A program made the translations under genes and the position numbers. The notes below the pieces were generated by a model. That model was not told where the DNA came from and made no database searches. It saw only the letters and a list, made by a program, of their open reading frames with translations. A stretch of 64,000 bases of DNA from Pontiella sp. (GTDB lineage Bacteria; Verrucomicrobiota; Kiritimatiellia; Kiritimatiellales; Pontiellaceae): contig JBNKHE010000001.1 in the NCBI GenBank assembly GCA_050290185.1, positions 194,713 through 258,712 of the forward strand. Direction: 5' to 3'. Of the stretch, positions 1 to 9,879 are shown in pieces (position 1 is the stretch's first letter; each line of letters begins with the position of its first letter).

Positions 1-2589
1 AGAACAACTCCTACCCAGGCCGAACTCGATGCAATGTACAATGATCCAGCCAACTGGCGTTTGTATGTCTTTTATTTCTGCCGGCACGATCCGCGCATTG
101 TGGTTTCCAAACGGATTGCGGGGCTGGGATGGACCATCAACTTTGCCAACCGCTGGTCGGTGCCGTTTATCCTGGGATTGGCGGGAGGTATCTACCTGCT
201 TACTCAACTCGCGCATATTCTAGGCATGACGGGCAAGGCGTTTATTGTATACGAAACAGTTGTTGTTGCCGGGGTCGTATTGCTCTGCCACAACATGTCC
301 CGGGCCAACAACTGGATCAACCAGCAGTCTGGCGGCAGTCATAACAGCACCTGTGGAAAATGGTCATTGGCAGTCATGGCAGTTGCTATGCTGGGCAGTG
401 TGATTCTGTGGTCCCACATGGATGAGCAGATGGTTATCCTTCTCTGTGGCGCGCTGTTGTTCCTTGCACTTTTCCTTGCCCTCATAGCGCGAAGATCGCT
501 ACTTGGCAGATATGCCGGCAGGGTGGTCTATGTGGCGCTGATCATCTGGGGTGCCATTGCCTACACCCTTTGCTACTCGCATCCGGAAAGCGACCAATCT
601 ACGCATGGAGGGGGCAGCCTGTTCGCTCCTTTCACAGATACGTTGCTGACTGCCATCGAGGTCAAGACCCAGGGAAATGGGTTTCAGCTCGGAACGCCGA
701 TTGAGGTCGCACTCTTGCTCAAGACCCCGGGACCGCCCGAACGACCACCAAAAGTTCTGGTGACACCATCGGACCTACCGATCAGCGCCGTGCTGATGAT
801 CGTCGATTCGAATGGCCAGACGGTGGAACTAGAAGGCCGGAACCACGCAAAGAGACTGCTGAAAACCGATGCGATTCTAGGAACGAATGAACCGCTGAAA
901 GCCTATGCCCTGCAGCTCATGCTGTTACCAGAAGACCCGTCAAAAGTCGAAACGGAGCTAACAACCCAGGTCGACGCCATTGCCCGGCTGAAACCCGGCA
1001 CATACCACTTCCGATATCTGCTGCGACCACCGGAACATCTGCATCTTCGGACCCTGGATGACAAACCGCAAGATTGGCGGCCTGAATACTACTCACCGCC
1101 CCTGTTCATCAAGGTCGGCGCATCAAACCGTGTTGAGATCCGCGGAGCCTATCCCGATATGCCAACCACCCCCACCCTTGCAAAACAGAAATCATCCGCC
1201 GGTGCCTTCACCGGGGAAAAAATACTTCACTTGAGCCCGGGTCGCGAAGGTGTGCTGAATGGATTGTGCTTGGATTTGGATACCGGCGAATCCACCACGG
1301 CTAACTGGGATTTGTCGGTAGGCAACAAGGTACCGGGGAATTGGCTCACATGGAAAGGTATGGACCTGATATTCGTCTGTGCAGACGACGGCGGGGACTG
1401 GATGCTGGGATCGCCGGTTGAAGCCTATCCGGATCTGGCCCGCATACCCCGAAACACATGGGCCACGGTCACTGTGGCCGAGTTGCGGGATGCGCTGGAA
1501 AGCGACAACACAGGTATGGAGCACATTGATATAAACGGCAGTGGCAACTTCTGCCGATCTGATGGCAAGGAATTATCAGACCTAACCCTTGCCTTCCGCA
1601 CGGCAGACGGCTCTCTCGGTGTAATGGATGTCGAGCGGCTTGCGGATTACGACAACGCCCTTCGCATCCGCTACAAACTCGCGCAAGCCCCCCGTGCAGT
1701 GGCTTCACAGGCAAGGGGCTTTGGCCTCGAACGGCATGTCCAGCTGTGGGATAAGTTCCACAATCCTAAATTCCTAGATCTGGACATCGGACGCGCCATT
1801 ACCATGCCGGAAATGTTGGTTGGGGATGAGGCGAGGGCCCCTGACTGGTTTTCGGATTCCGGAGCGGAGCTGTTTTTCCGCCTGAAAGACAAACAACTGG
1901 TTTTGGGGACGCTACCGGATCTGGGACTTAAGTTGGTTCGTATTCCTACCGAGCGCGTATCCGGAATCACCCCCGAGGATGTGGACGCGATCCTGAAAGA
2001 ATCCAGCCCTGGATTACCGGTCGAAAAATCGAATCTGAATAAGAAATGCAGCACGCCAGGGGTTTTTGATGTCTATCGGCTTCCCTATCCACCTTACGAT
2101 CGACTGGCACTGGCCTTCCGTACCAAGAGCGGTACTACCGGCGTTCTGTATATCAAGGGATATGACTACAAACAGAGTTCATTGTGGTGCAGCTGCCGAA
2201 CGATCGAAACCCCGCCCACACTCCACAGTACCGCGCACCCCGATCCCGGACTGCTCAATGGCGAATGGAAGTGGGATTCCGGCTCCCAATATGGAAGCAT
2301 GCGGTTCAATCCAGATGGAAGCTGGAGCCTTGAAAGCAGGGATCCCTATTTTGCCTATGAATCCGCCGGTACATGGCGATTGGAAGATTCCTCTCTGATC
2401 ACCCATGTGGAGACCAGCAACACGCCTGAGGAGATCGGTTTAACCTATTGCAATGAGATCTCCGTCCTGACGGAGGCTCGCCTCATCCTGAACCTGGATG
2501 ATGGGACGGGCCAACTATGCACGGCTGAATACCAGCGAGTACAAACAGTGGGACGCGGCATCGAAAGCCGTTCGCACAATCCCCCATGA
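1..2589 (+). CDS. Membrane-anchored protein with DUF5808-like N-terminus and large extracytoplasmic region (5'-partial)
   Basis: Frame is open from base 1 (RTTPTQAELDAMYNDPANW...). N-terminal 'W..FY....DPRIVV.KR..GLGWTINFAN' is DUF5808-like. Several TM helices follow, then two related LDLD.G...LAFRT..G..GV domains. Confidence 0.7.
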   Translation, partial: RTTPTQAELDAMYNDPANWRLYVFYFCRHDPRIVVSKRIAGLGWTINFANRWSVPFILGLAGGIYLLTQLAHILGMTGKAFIVYETVVVAGVVLLCHNMSRANNWINQQSGGSHNSTCGKWSLAVMAVAMLGSVILWSHMDEQMVILLCGALLFLALFLALIARRSLLGRYAGRVVYVALIIWGAIAYTLCYSHPESDQSTHGGGSLFAPFTDTLLTAIEVKTQGNGFQLGTPIEVALLLKTPGPPERPPKVLVTPSDLPISAVLMIVDSNGQTVELEGRNHAKRLLKTDAILGTNEPLKAYALQLMLLPEDPSKVETELTTQVDAIARLKPGTYHFRYLLRPPEHLHLRTLDDKPQDWRPEYYSPPLFIKVGASNRVEIRGAYPDMPTTPTLAKQKSSAGAFTGEKILHLSPGREGVLNGLCLDLDTGESTTANWDLSVGNKVPGNWLTWKGMDLIFVCADDGGDWMLGSPVEAYPDLARIPRNTWATVTVAELRDALESDNTGMEHIDINGSGNFCRSDGKELSDLTLAFRTADGSLGVMDVERLADYDNALRIRYKLAQAPRAVASQARGFGLERHVQLWDKFHNPKFLDLDIGRAITMPEMLVGDEARAPDWFSDSGAELFFRLKDKQLVLGTLPDLGLKLVRIPTERVSGITPEDVDAILKESSPGLPVEKSNLNKKCSTPGVFDVYRLPYPPYDRLALAFRTKSGTTGVLYIKGYDYKQSSLWCSCRTIETPPTLHSTAHPDPGLLNGEWKWDSGSQYGSMRFNPDGSWSLESRDPYFAYESAGTWRLEDSSLITHVETSNTPEEIGLTYCNEISVLTEARLILNLDDGTGQLCTAEYQRVQTVGRGIESRSHNPP

Positions 2590-2720
2590 TCGCTCGCATC
2601 AGTCTGAACGCTGTACTCAACACAAAATACGGTATAACAGTAGGTGTAATTTATAATTGGAAATTTCATAAGGGTCATACAGGATCCCGAACAAGTCGAA
2701 AAACCACAACTACAGGGGAA

Positions 2721-3728
2721 ATGACGATGAAGAAGAACGTTCCAGCTATCATACTCGCAATCGTTGGCATCGTATTGCTGATCGCCTATATCAATTCAAA
2801 CAAACACGTTAAACAACTGCAGCAGGAGCTTGCCCAACTGAAGAGCGTGAATGCCTCCGTCCCGCTCGATCAGGACACGAAAGCCGGCGCCCCCGACCTT
2901 GCGACCCGTCCAGACCAAGCCGGCGCCCCCGACCTTGCGACCCGTCCAGACCAAGCCGGCGACTCCAACCAAATCGCTAATCTGGAGACCACCGAGCCAG
3001 CATCTGAAAGCACCAAGGACACCGGGCGACGCATGATGGAAAACATGGCCAAGATGATGGACAACCCGACCATGAACAAGGTCATGGAGGCGAGCCAACG
3101 TGGCGCGGTTGGAGCCCTTTATGCCGATTTGATTGAATATCTAAACCTGAATAAAGAAGAAACCGCCTATTTCATGGATCTGCTCATGTACCGGCAAATG
3201 AAGCAGATGGATCTGGGCATGAAGATGATGTCCGGAAACTTGAGCGAAGAGGAAAAGGAGACCCTCTCTGAAGAAATCCAGAAGGCTCAGGACACGGTCA
3301 AGGAGGAGATGGAAAAATTCCTGAACAGCGAAGACGATTATGCCGAATTTGAGTTCTACGAAAAAACCATAGGAGAACGGATGATGTTATCGCAGATGGA
3401 CAAGGATCTGTCTGGATCCGATGCCACCTTGTCCGACCAAACCTATCGTGAACTACTGGGCATCATGCACGACGAACGGGAAAGCTTTGATTTTTCCAGC
3501 GACCTCAGCGATCAAGAAAACACAGATCTGAGCCCGCAACGCTTCTCGAAGAAAAACGTGCAGAACTTTGCCGATGATCTTCAGCGATTGAACGACTCCA
3601 TAAGCCAAAAAGCGAAGAGCATCCTTACACCCGAACAGTATGCGGTTTTTCTCAGCAGTTTAAAGGCCACCACCGATATGCAGGTTTCACAAATGGAAAT
3701 GGCCGCACAAATGTTTGGCGGTGAATAA
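2721..3728 (+). CDS. Hypothetical exported or membrane-anchored helical protein
   Basis: Part of ORF 2586..3728. Start moved to ATG 2721 (or 2727) after GGGGAA. Basic-hydrophobic N-terminus, then an acidic Met-rich helical region. Confidence 0.7.
   Translation: MTMKKNVPAIILAIVGIVLLIAYINSNKHVKQLQQELAQLKSVNASVPLDQDTKAGAPDLATRPDQAGAPDLATRPDQAGDSNQIANLETTEPASESTKDTGRRMMENMAKMMDNPTMNKVMEASQRGAVGALYADLIEYLNLNKEETAYFMDLLMYRQMKQMDLGMKMMSGNLSEEEKETLSEEIQKAQDTVKEEMEKFLNSEDDYAEFEFYEKTIGERMMLSQMDKDLSGSDATLSDQTYRELLGIMHDERESFDFSSDLSDQENTDLSPQRFSKKNVQNFADDLQRLNDSISQKAKSILTPEQYAVFLSSLKATTDMQVSQMEMAAQMFGGE
2881..2961 (+). repeat. Perfect 36-bp in-frame tandem repeat (2.25 copies)
   Basis: AAGCCGGCGCCCCCGACCTTGCGACCCGTCCAGACC at 2881-2916 and 2917-2952, plus 9 bp of a third copy. 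Encodes AGAPDLATRPDQ twice. Confidence 0.95.
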
Positions 3729-3740
3729 TAAGGGTTCTCA

Positions 3741-4076
3741 ATGAAAAAGCTCGTACTGATTTCCGTATTGATGCTGGCCTTCGCCTGTGCATGGGGGCTG
3801 ATGTCGTCCAATGTTTCGATCACCGTTAATGGACAGGAGTTCCATGGACCGCTCGAAACCATGATCGGAGGATGGGGACTGATCATTGCAACCGTTGGTT
3901 TCTTTTGCATCGCCATTCTGCTGGCATTTATTTTAGCGGGGATTGGGCTTATCATACTGGGTGTCATGGCCCTGGTGGGATTCATTATGCTGGGCGCGAT
4001 TTTCCCCTTTCTTCTGCCCTTGCTGATTCCGTTGCTGATCGTATGGGCCGTCTGCGCGGGGAGCCGTAGAAGGTAG
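3741..4076 (+). CDS. Small hydrophobic membrane protein
   Basis: 111 aa with a signal-like N-terminus and a long hydrophobic C-half, 12 bp downstream of the previous gene. Confidence 0.7.
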   Translation: MKKLVLISVLMLAFACAWGLMSSNVSITVNGQEFHGPLETMIGGWGLIIATVGFFCIAILLAFILAGIGLIILGVMALVGFIMLGAIFPFLLPLLIPLLIVWAVCAGSRRR

Positions 4077-4195
4077 AAGCGAGTCGGAATAAACTACAGC
4101 AACCAGTAGACCGTATTTCGCAATTCCCTCGGTTTCAATTCGCTCCGTGATGACGAATCCTGTAAATGTTTCGTCATTTAACGCATGGAGCAAAA

Positions 4196-7087
4196 ATGAA
4201 GACTTTTGAACTGGTACGTACCGAAGAAATCCTGGAACTGAACACGCAGGCAAAGATCTACCGTCATGTGCCTACCGGCGCAGAGATTCTCTCGATGGAG
4301 AACGATGACGAAAACAAGTGTTTTGGCATCGCTTTCCGCACGCCGCCCTCGGACTCGACCGGAGTGGCGCACATTCTGGAACACACGGTGCTCTGCGGCT
4401 CCCGGAAATATCCGGTCAAGGATCCCTTCGTCCAGTTACTCAAGGGATCTTTGCAAACCTTCCTGAACGCCTTCACCTACCCCGACAAGACCTGCTATCC
4501 GGTCGCCAGCCAGAACCTGAAGGATTTCCATAATCTCGTGGATGTCTACCTTGATGCCGTTTTCCATCCGCGCATCACAAAGGATTTCTTCATGCAGGAA
4601 GGTTGGCACTACGAACTCGAATCGCCGGAGGACGAGTTGAAGTACAAGGGCGTGGTCTACAACGAAATGAAGGGGGTCTATTCCTCGCCCGACTCCCTGT
4701 TGGCGGAAGCCTCGCAGCAATCGCTCTTCCCTGATACCACCTACGGGCTGGACTCCGGGGGCAATCCCAAGAATATTCCAGATCTAACCTACGAGCAGTT
4801 CACCGCCTTCCATGGGTCGTTCTACCATCCATCCAACGCCCGCATTTTTTTCTACGGCGACGATCCCGTTGAAGAACGGTTTGCGATTCTCGAGGAATAT
4901 CTGAAGGATTATGAACAGATCGATCCGAAATCCAGCATTGCCGTTCAAGCGCCGCTGTCCGAACCGGTCCGTATCGAGAAACCCTATGCCGTCTCTGCCG
5001 ACGACGATGATCCGAAACCCATGTTCTGCGTCAACTGGCTCCTCCCATCCCCTACCGACGCCGAACGGGTCTTTGCCTTCGAGCTGCTCGACCACATCCT
5101 GCTGGGCACGCCAGCCTCCCCGTTGCGGAAGGCCTTGATCGAATCCGGCCTGGGCGAGGATATCACCGGCGGCGGCATCGAGACCCACATGCTGCAAATG
5201 GCCTATTCCATAGGACTCAAGGAAATCAAAACAGACCATCTGGACAAAGCGGAACAGTTGATCTACCAGACGCTCGAAGATTTGGCGACCAATGGCATCT
5301 CCCGCGAAGATATCGACGCCGCGCTCAATACCTTCGAGTTTGATTTGCGGGAAAACAACAGCGGCGGCTTCCCCCGCGGTTTGTCACTGATGCTCAAATC
5401 ACTCAACGCATGGAACTATGATGCCGACCCGTTGGGGCTGATCGCTTTCGAAAAACCGTTGCAAGCCGTCAAAACGCAGGCCCGCCAACCGGGATTTTTC
5501 GAAAACCTGCTGCGTGAACACTTTATCGAAAACCAGCACCGTTCAACGGTTACCCTGATTCCGGATCCGGAAGTTTCCAAGAATGAAGAGCAGGAAGAAA
5601 TAAAACAACTGGCTCAGATCAAGAAACAACTGGACTCCGCTCAGCTTGAGGCGATCGTCGGCCATACACACCGCCTGCTTGAATTACAGGCGACACCGGA
5701 CTCGCCGGAAGCACTGGCCACTATCCCGCTACTGCATCGCGACGACCTCGATAAGCATATACGGATCGTTGAACGAGGTGAAAGCCGGCTCGGTGGAGCC
5801 ACGGTGCTGACACACGACCTGTTCACCCATGGCATCCTTTACCTTGATATGGGGCTCGACCTGCATAGCCTCGACCAGACCGACATTCCCTATGCGTCGT
5901 TGCTCGGCAGCGCCCTGCTTGAAATGGGCACCAAAAAAGAAGACTATGTTTCCCTTTCCCAACGTATTGCACAGAAGACCGGAGGAATCTATGGCGCACC
6001 ATTCCTCTCTGCACTGGAAAACTCGGACAAAGGAATCACCCGATTCTTCCTGCGCGGAAAATGCATGATCGGGCAGACCAATGAAATGCTCGCCATCCTG
6101 CAGGACGTCCTGCTTGAATCCAAATTCGACAACAAGGAACGCTTCCTCCAGATTGTGCTCGAACACAAGTCGGAACTGGAAACCGCCATGATCCCACGGG
6201 GACATTCAGCGGTCATGTCCCGCCTCAAGGCCCAGTTCCACGAAGCGCATTGGGTCGCGGAACAAATGGGTGGCGTCGAAGCGCTTTTCTTCATCCGAAC
6301 GCTGATAGACGATATTGAACAGGATTGGCCGTCTGTATATCAGCGACTGCAAAGAATCCTACAGACCCTGTTGAACCGCGAGAACATCATCTTCAATGTT
6401 ACCGTCGACCAGGCCGCCCTTCCCGGCGTTATTCAATTGCTGGAAGGTTTTATTGATACGCTCCCAAGCGCCAACGGCTCCACATCGAAAACCTGGAATC
6501 CCGTTCCGCTCCCCAAGAACGAAGCACTCACCGCACCGACACGCGTCAACTATGTTGGCTGCGCAGCGAATCTTTATGATGCGGGCTACAACATGCACGG
6601 ATCGGCCATGGTCATTACGCGCTACCTTCAAACCGCATGGCTGTGGGAAAAAATCCGCGTACAAGGTGGTGCCTACGGAGGGATGTGCGGTTTCGATCAA
6701 CGCTCCGGAGCATTTATCTTTGCCTCTTACAGGGATCCTAACCTGCAATCTTCTCTCGATACCTACAAGGGAACCGGCGACTTTCTCAAAAATCTAAAAC
6801 TGAGTGATGACGAGCTGACGCGAGCACTGATCGGCGCCATCGGCCAGCTCGATGCCTACCAACTGCCCGACGCCAAGGGTTATTCAAGCTGCCTGCGCCA
6901 TCTGCTTGGCTTCACGGATGAAGAGCGGCAAAAGCTGCGGGATGAAGTGCTGGCCACAACACAGGAACATTTCAATGCGTTTGGCGATATACTGAACAGC
7001 GCATTCAACCAGCCCTCCATTTCGGTTCTGTGCTCGGCGGATGCTGCCGACGAAGCGGGACTAGCTACCCGCACCAAATTGCTATAG
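4196..7087 (+). CDS. Insulinase family M16C metallopeptidase (presequence protease PreP-like)
   Basis: HILEH inverzincin motif, GVVYNEMKG, WEKIRVQGGAYG, SYRDPN. ATG 4196 follows GGAG. Confidence 0.95.
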   Translation: MKTFELVRTEEILELNTQAKIYRHVPTGAEILSMENDDENKCFGIAFRTPPSDSTGVAHILEHTVLCGSRKYPVKDPFVQLLKGSLQTFLNAFTYPDKTCYPVASQNLKDFHNLVDVYLDAVFHPRITKDFFMQEGWHYELESPEDELKYKGVVYNEMKGVYSSPDSLLAEASQQSLFPDTTYGLDSGGNPKNIPDLTYEQFTAFHGSFYHPSNARIFFYGDDPVEERFAILEEYLKDYEQIDPKSSIAVQAPLSEPVRIEKPYAVSADDDDPKPMFCVNWLLPSPTDAERVFAFELLDHILLGTPASPLRKALIESGLGEDITGGGIETHMLQMAYSIGLKEIKTDHLDKAEQLIYQTLEDLATNGISREDIDAALNTFEFDLRENNSGGFPRGLSLMLKSLNAWNYDADPLGLIAFEKPLQAVKTQARQPGFFENLLREHFIENQHRSTVTLIPDPEVSKNEEQEEIKQLAQIKKQLDSAQLEAIVGHTHRLLELQATPDSPEALATIPLLHRDDLDKHIRIVERGESRLGGATVLTHDLFTHGILYLDMGLDLHSLDQTDIPYASLLGSALLEMGTKKEDYVSLSQRIAQKTGGIYGAPFLSALENSDKGITRFFLRGKCMIGQTNEMLAILQDVLLESKFDNKERFLQIVLEHKSELETAMIPRGHSAVMSRLKAQFHEAHWVAEQMGGVEALFFIRTLIDDIEQDWPSVYQRLQRILQTLLNRENIIFNVTVDQAALPGVIQLLEGFIDTLPSANGSTSKTWNPVPLPKNEALTAPTRVNYVGCAANLYDAGYNMHGSAMVITRYLQTAWLWEKIRVQGGAYGGMCGFDQRSGAFIFASYRDPNLQSSLDTYKGTGDFLKNLKLSDDELTRALIGAIGQLDAYQLPDAKGYSSCLRHLLGFTDEERQKLRDEVLATTQEHFNAFGDILNSAFNQPSISVLCSADAADEAGLATRTKLL

Positions 7088-7090
7088 ATC

Positions 7091-7249
7091 TCCACGGGAA
7101 ATCCCGTGGTTCTATGCTTTGCGCATGACAACTCCTGGCAGAGCTAACCTTGCCGCCCCCGGTCCTTGCTGGAGGCACCAGGGAAGGCTCATGCATCCAC
7201 GGGAAATCCCGGGGTGTTTTGTCTTCTACCGCATGAATCCACGCCCGGC
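7091..7249. repeat. Palindromic repeat cluster, possibly a non-autonomous IS200/IS605- or REP-like element
   Basis: TCCACGGGAAATCCCGTGG (7091-7109) and TCCACGGGAAATCCCGGGG (7196-7214) flank an internal imperfect hairpin. A partial third copy lies near 7235. Confidence 0.5.
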
Positions 7250-7252
7250 TGC

Positions 7253-7288
7253 AAAAAAAACGCGCATCCCGGGACGGGATACGCGTTT
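7253..7288 (-). terminator. Rho-independent terminator of the TPR-exbBD operon
   Basis: AAACGCGCATCCC/GGGATACGCGTTT stem with an A8 run (U-tract on minus strand) just past the exbD stop. Confidence 0.8.
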
Positions 7289-7310
7289 ATAGGCTCCTGA
7301 TGAAGAGTCG

Positions 7311-7745
7311 CTACATACTCATGCTGAATGACATATTTTTCACCTCAGCTGCGGCACAGGCATCCATGACGTTGATAATTCTTCCGTGCAGTGCCTTGTC
7401 ATTAGGCAGGATATTCACAATCAGCTCGCTTTTGGAAGCATCGGCCGCCTCCTTGAGCGAAACCAACTGTCCGATCAGTTCATTCAGATCCCCTGAATTC
7501 TGACCAAAGACCATCCCATCTACGACGATATCGCCGAGTTCGGAGACCTCGATGAGCACTTCGATGGGAAGCGTGATGGGATCCGTGGATTCCACCTTGG
7601 CCGGAAGCATGAAGGAGAGATCGGCTTCCTTTTTAACCAAAGACGCAGTCACCATGAAGTAGATGAGCAACAGAAATACCACATCGATAAGCGGAGCAAT
7701 CTGCAACTCCGCTTTTTTGTTCATTAGTTCGTCCAACAGTTTCAT
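7311..7745 (-). CDS. exbD: Biopolymer transport protein ExbD/TolR
   Basis: IAPLIDVVFLLLIYFMV transmembrane signature. Confidence 0.9.
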   Translation of the reverse strand: MKLLDELMNKKAELQIAPLIDVVFLLLIYFMVTASLVKKEADLSFMLPAKVESTDPITLPIEVLIEVSELGDIVVDGMVFGQNSGDLNELIGQLVSLKEAADASKSELIVNILPNDKALHGRIINVMDACAAAEVKNMSFSMSM

Positions 7746-7747
7746 AG

Positions 7748-8149
7748 CTATTCCTCGAAGGCTGCATAAATGAGGTCGGTAGCACCCACGTCGCCACAGG
7801 CAATCATAAGCTTTTTACAGACCTCATATTGAACACGGCGGTCGGCACGAATCAGAATACGAAGGTTGGGATTCACTTCAAGTTCATCGCCAATCATATC
7901 CCTAAGATCGGGCAACTCCACAGGAGTTGTGCCGGCATAGTAGTTTCCTTCGGCATCAATAGACACCATGAAGCGATCCTTGATGTTCTCCGGAACCTTC
8001 GCATGCTTGGAATCCGGTATCTCCACCTTGACTTTAACCTCTGTGACCACCGACGCCACCATGAAGAAGATCAGCAACAGGAACACCAGGTCGATCATGG
8101 GAGCCATGTCAACCGCGGCATCTTCTCTTGCAGGCATTTTAATTTTCAT
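7748..8149 (-). CDS. exbD: Biopolymer transport protein ExbD/TolR
   Basis: MAPMIDLVFLLLIFFMV and ILIRADRR. Confidence 0.9.
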   Translation of the reverse strand: MKIKMPAREDAAVDMAPMIDLVFLLLIFFMVASVVTEVKVKVEIPDSKHAKVPENIKDRFMVSIDAEGNYYAGTTPVELPDLRDMIGDELEVNPNLRILIRADRRVQYEVCKKLMIACGDVGATDLIYAAFEE

Positions 8150-8202
8150 TCCGCACCTCTCTTAGGACGCGTTTATAACACAATGCGATCAGGCAAGGAT
8201 GG

Positions 8203-8958
8203 TTAAGCACCCATTTCTTCATGGCCGAGCGGCAGTTCGCCGGTTTCCATCGTGTCGAGCAGCGCTCCAATGTTACGGCCCATCGAGGCGGTGGACTTGA
8301 TGAAGCTGTTGCGGAAATAATAGTAGCACAACATGGCCGGAATCGCGATGATCAGCCCCGTTGCCGTGGTGATAAGAGCCTCACCAATGTTACCCGCCAA
8401 ATCCTGCGGCTTGCCCATACCCACCGAGCCGATGGTCTGGAAGGCTTTAATCATGCCCGAAACCGTTCCCAGCAGACCCAGCATAGGGGCCGTAGCGCCT
8501 ATGATGGAAAGATAGTCGATCGGCTTCATGTAGGACGTGATTTCTTCCGTGCTGGCTTCCTCGATCGCTTCCTTAACTTTTGCGAAGTTGACTTCACGCT
8601 TGGTGGAGCAACGTTCAAGGCCGGCACCGAAGACATAGGTAAAGAGGGTTTCGTTTTCCTTACAGAGGGTGTGGGCTTCAACAATTTTCTGATCCTTCAT
8701 CAGATTGATGAATTCGGGCATCATATCCGGACGAAGCAATACTTTTTCGCGCAATGCCAATCCGTTCTGGACAATAAAATATACCATGCCTACTGACATG
8801 AGACCGAGCGGCCACATGGCCCAACCACCCTGCTTGATCAAAGTGAACAACGTGGTCTTCTCAACGCTTCCGGCAGCTGCAGCTACGTCCTCCGCGAAAA
8901 CGGTTCCAGCGGCAAACAAACTCAGACAAAATGCCAGTTTAATTATTTTCTTCGTCAT
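8203..8958 (-). CDS. exbB: MotA/TolQ/ExbB proton channel protein
   Basis: APMLGLLGTVSGMIKAF and IGEALITTATGLIIAIPA. Confidence 0.93.
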   Translation of the reverse strand: MTKKIIKLAFCLSLFAAGTVFAEDVAAAAGSVEKTTLFTLIKQGGWAMWPLGLMSVGMVYFIVQNGLALREKVLLRPDMMPEFINLMKDQKIVEAHTLCKENETLFTYVFGAGLERCSTKREVNFAKVKEAIEEASTEEITSYMKPIDYLSIIGATAPMLGLLGTVSGMIKAFQTIGSVGMGKPQDLAGNIGEALITTATGLIIAIPAMLCYYYFRNSFIKSTASMGRNIGALLDTMETGELPLGHEEMGA

Positions 8959-9012
8959 TTTCGTACTCCTTCTCCTTCAGTTAAGCTAACTCATCTACTC
9001 CAAACCAACCGG

Positions 9013-9879
9013 TTATTCCAGCTCCAACCGGAGCGCATCAATACGCAATTTTAAATTCTGGGCCTCATCCGCTTCGTCCGTATCCTTATAAAGCAAAGAG
9101 ATTTCACGAACAACCTCTTCGGCCGATGCAAGAAAATCGGGATTGTCGAATGCTTTTGCCATTTCCATGTAAATTTGGGCGCACAACAGTTCGGCAGGGC
9201 GCATCCAGTCCGGATCCTGGCTATGGAAAGCTACAATCTTGGCCGCCGTCTCAATGGCCTTGAGATAGTCCTTTTTCATAAACAGGAACTTTGCGGAGAT
9301 GTAAAGGTCTTCAGCGGGAGCATCCTCCGACATTTCATCGGTCCAGCCCTGCTCGGAAAACAGTGCTTCGGCCTCTTCCATTCGGCCGGCCCCCAGAAGC
9401 GACAACCCCTGAAAGACAATCGCCTTGCGCTGCAGTTCAGGATTCCGTCCATCCTTCAAAAGCTTTGAAGAATACAGCATGCACTTGTCGAAATCACCTA
9501 CCTTGTAGAACAGTTCCATCAATACACCTTGGTACTTTGCAAGGTTTGACGGCAAATCACTGTATTCCTCGAAAGGCCTGAGTGCCGTTTCAAGGGTTGC
9601 AGCCAGCTCCTCGTGAAGCCGATTCTCCATCATATTGGCAACCGCAGATTGATCGATCTTCACAGGGAATACCACTTCCTGTATGGCATCGGCGGGATAG
9701 CTAATGTCCCCGGTTCTGCCTACCTGCCGGTAGGTGATCAAATCCCCTTTACGACTCACGATGTAGCCGCTCGATGTCTTGTTGCCAATGGTTATTTTGA
9801 CTGAAACAGGCGCTGCAGTCGTGGAGAAACCCGCCACAAGCAACACCGCAATCATTGAGCTGAAAAGCGTTTTTTTCAT
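9013..9879 (-). CDS. Exported TPR-like protein
   Basis: Signal peptide and helical TPR-like repeats; overlaps the upstream TPR gene's stop by 1 bp. Confidence 0.75.
   Translation of the reverse strand: MKKTLFSSMIAVLLVAGFSTTAAPVSVKITIGNKTSSGYIVSRKGDLITYRQVGRTGDISYPADAIQEVVFPVKIDQSAVANMMENRLHEELAATLETALRPFEEYSDLPSNLAKYQGVLMELFYKVGDFDKCMLYSSKLLKDGRNPELQRKAIVFQGLSLLGAGRMEEAEALFSEQGWTDEMSEDAPAEDLYISAKFLFMKKDYLKAIETAAKIVAFHSQDPDWMRPAELLCAQIYMEMAKAFDNPDFLASAEEVVREISLLYKDTDEADEAQNLKLRIDALRLELE

Noticed and set aside
2881..2961. 36-bp repeat as a CRISPR array
   Set aside because: Copies are directly adjacent with no spacers, in frame within a CDS, and there are no cas genes.
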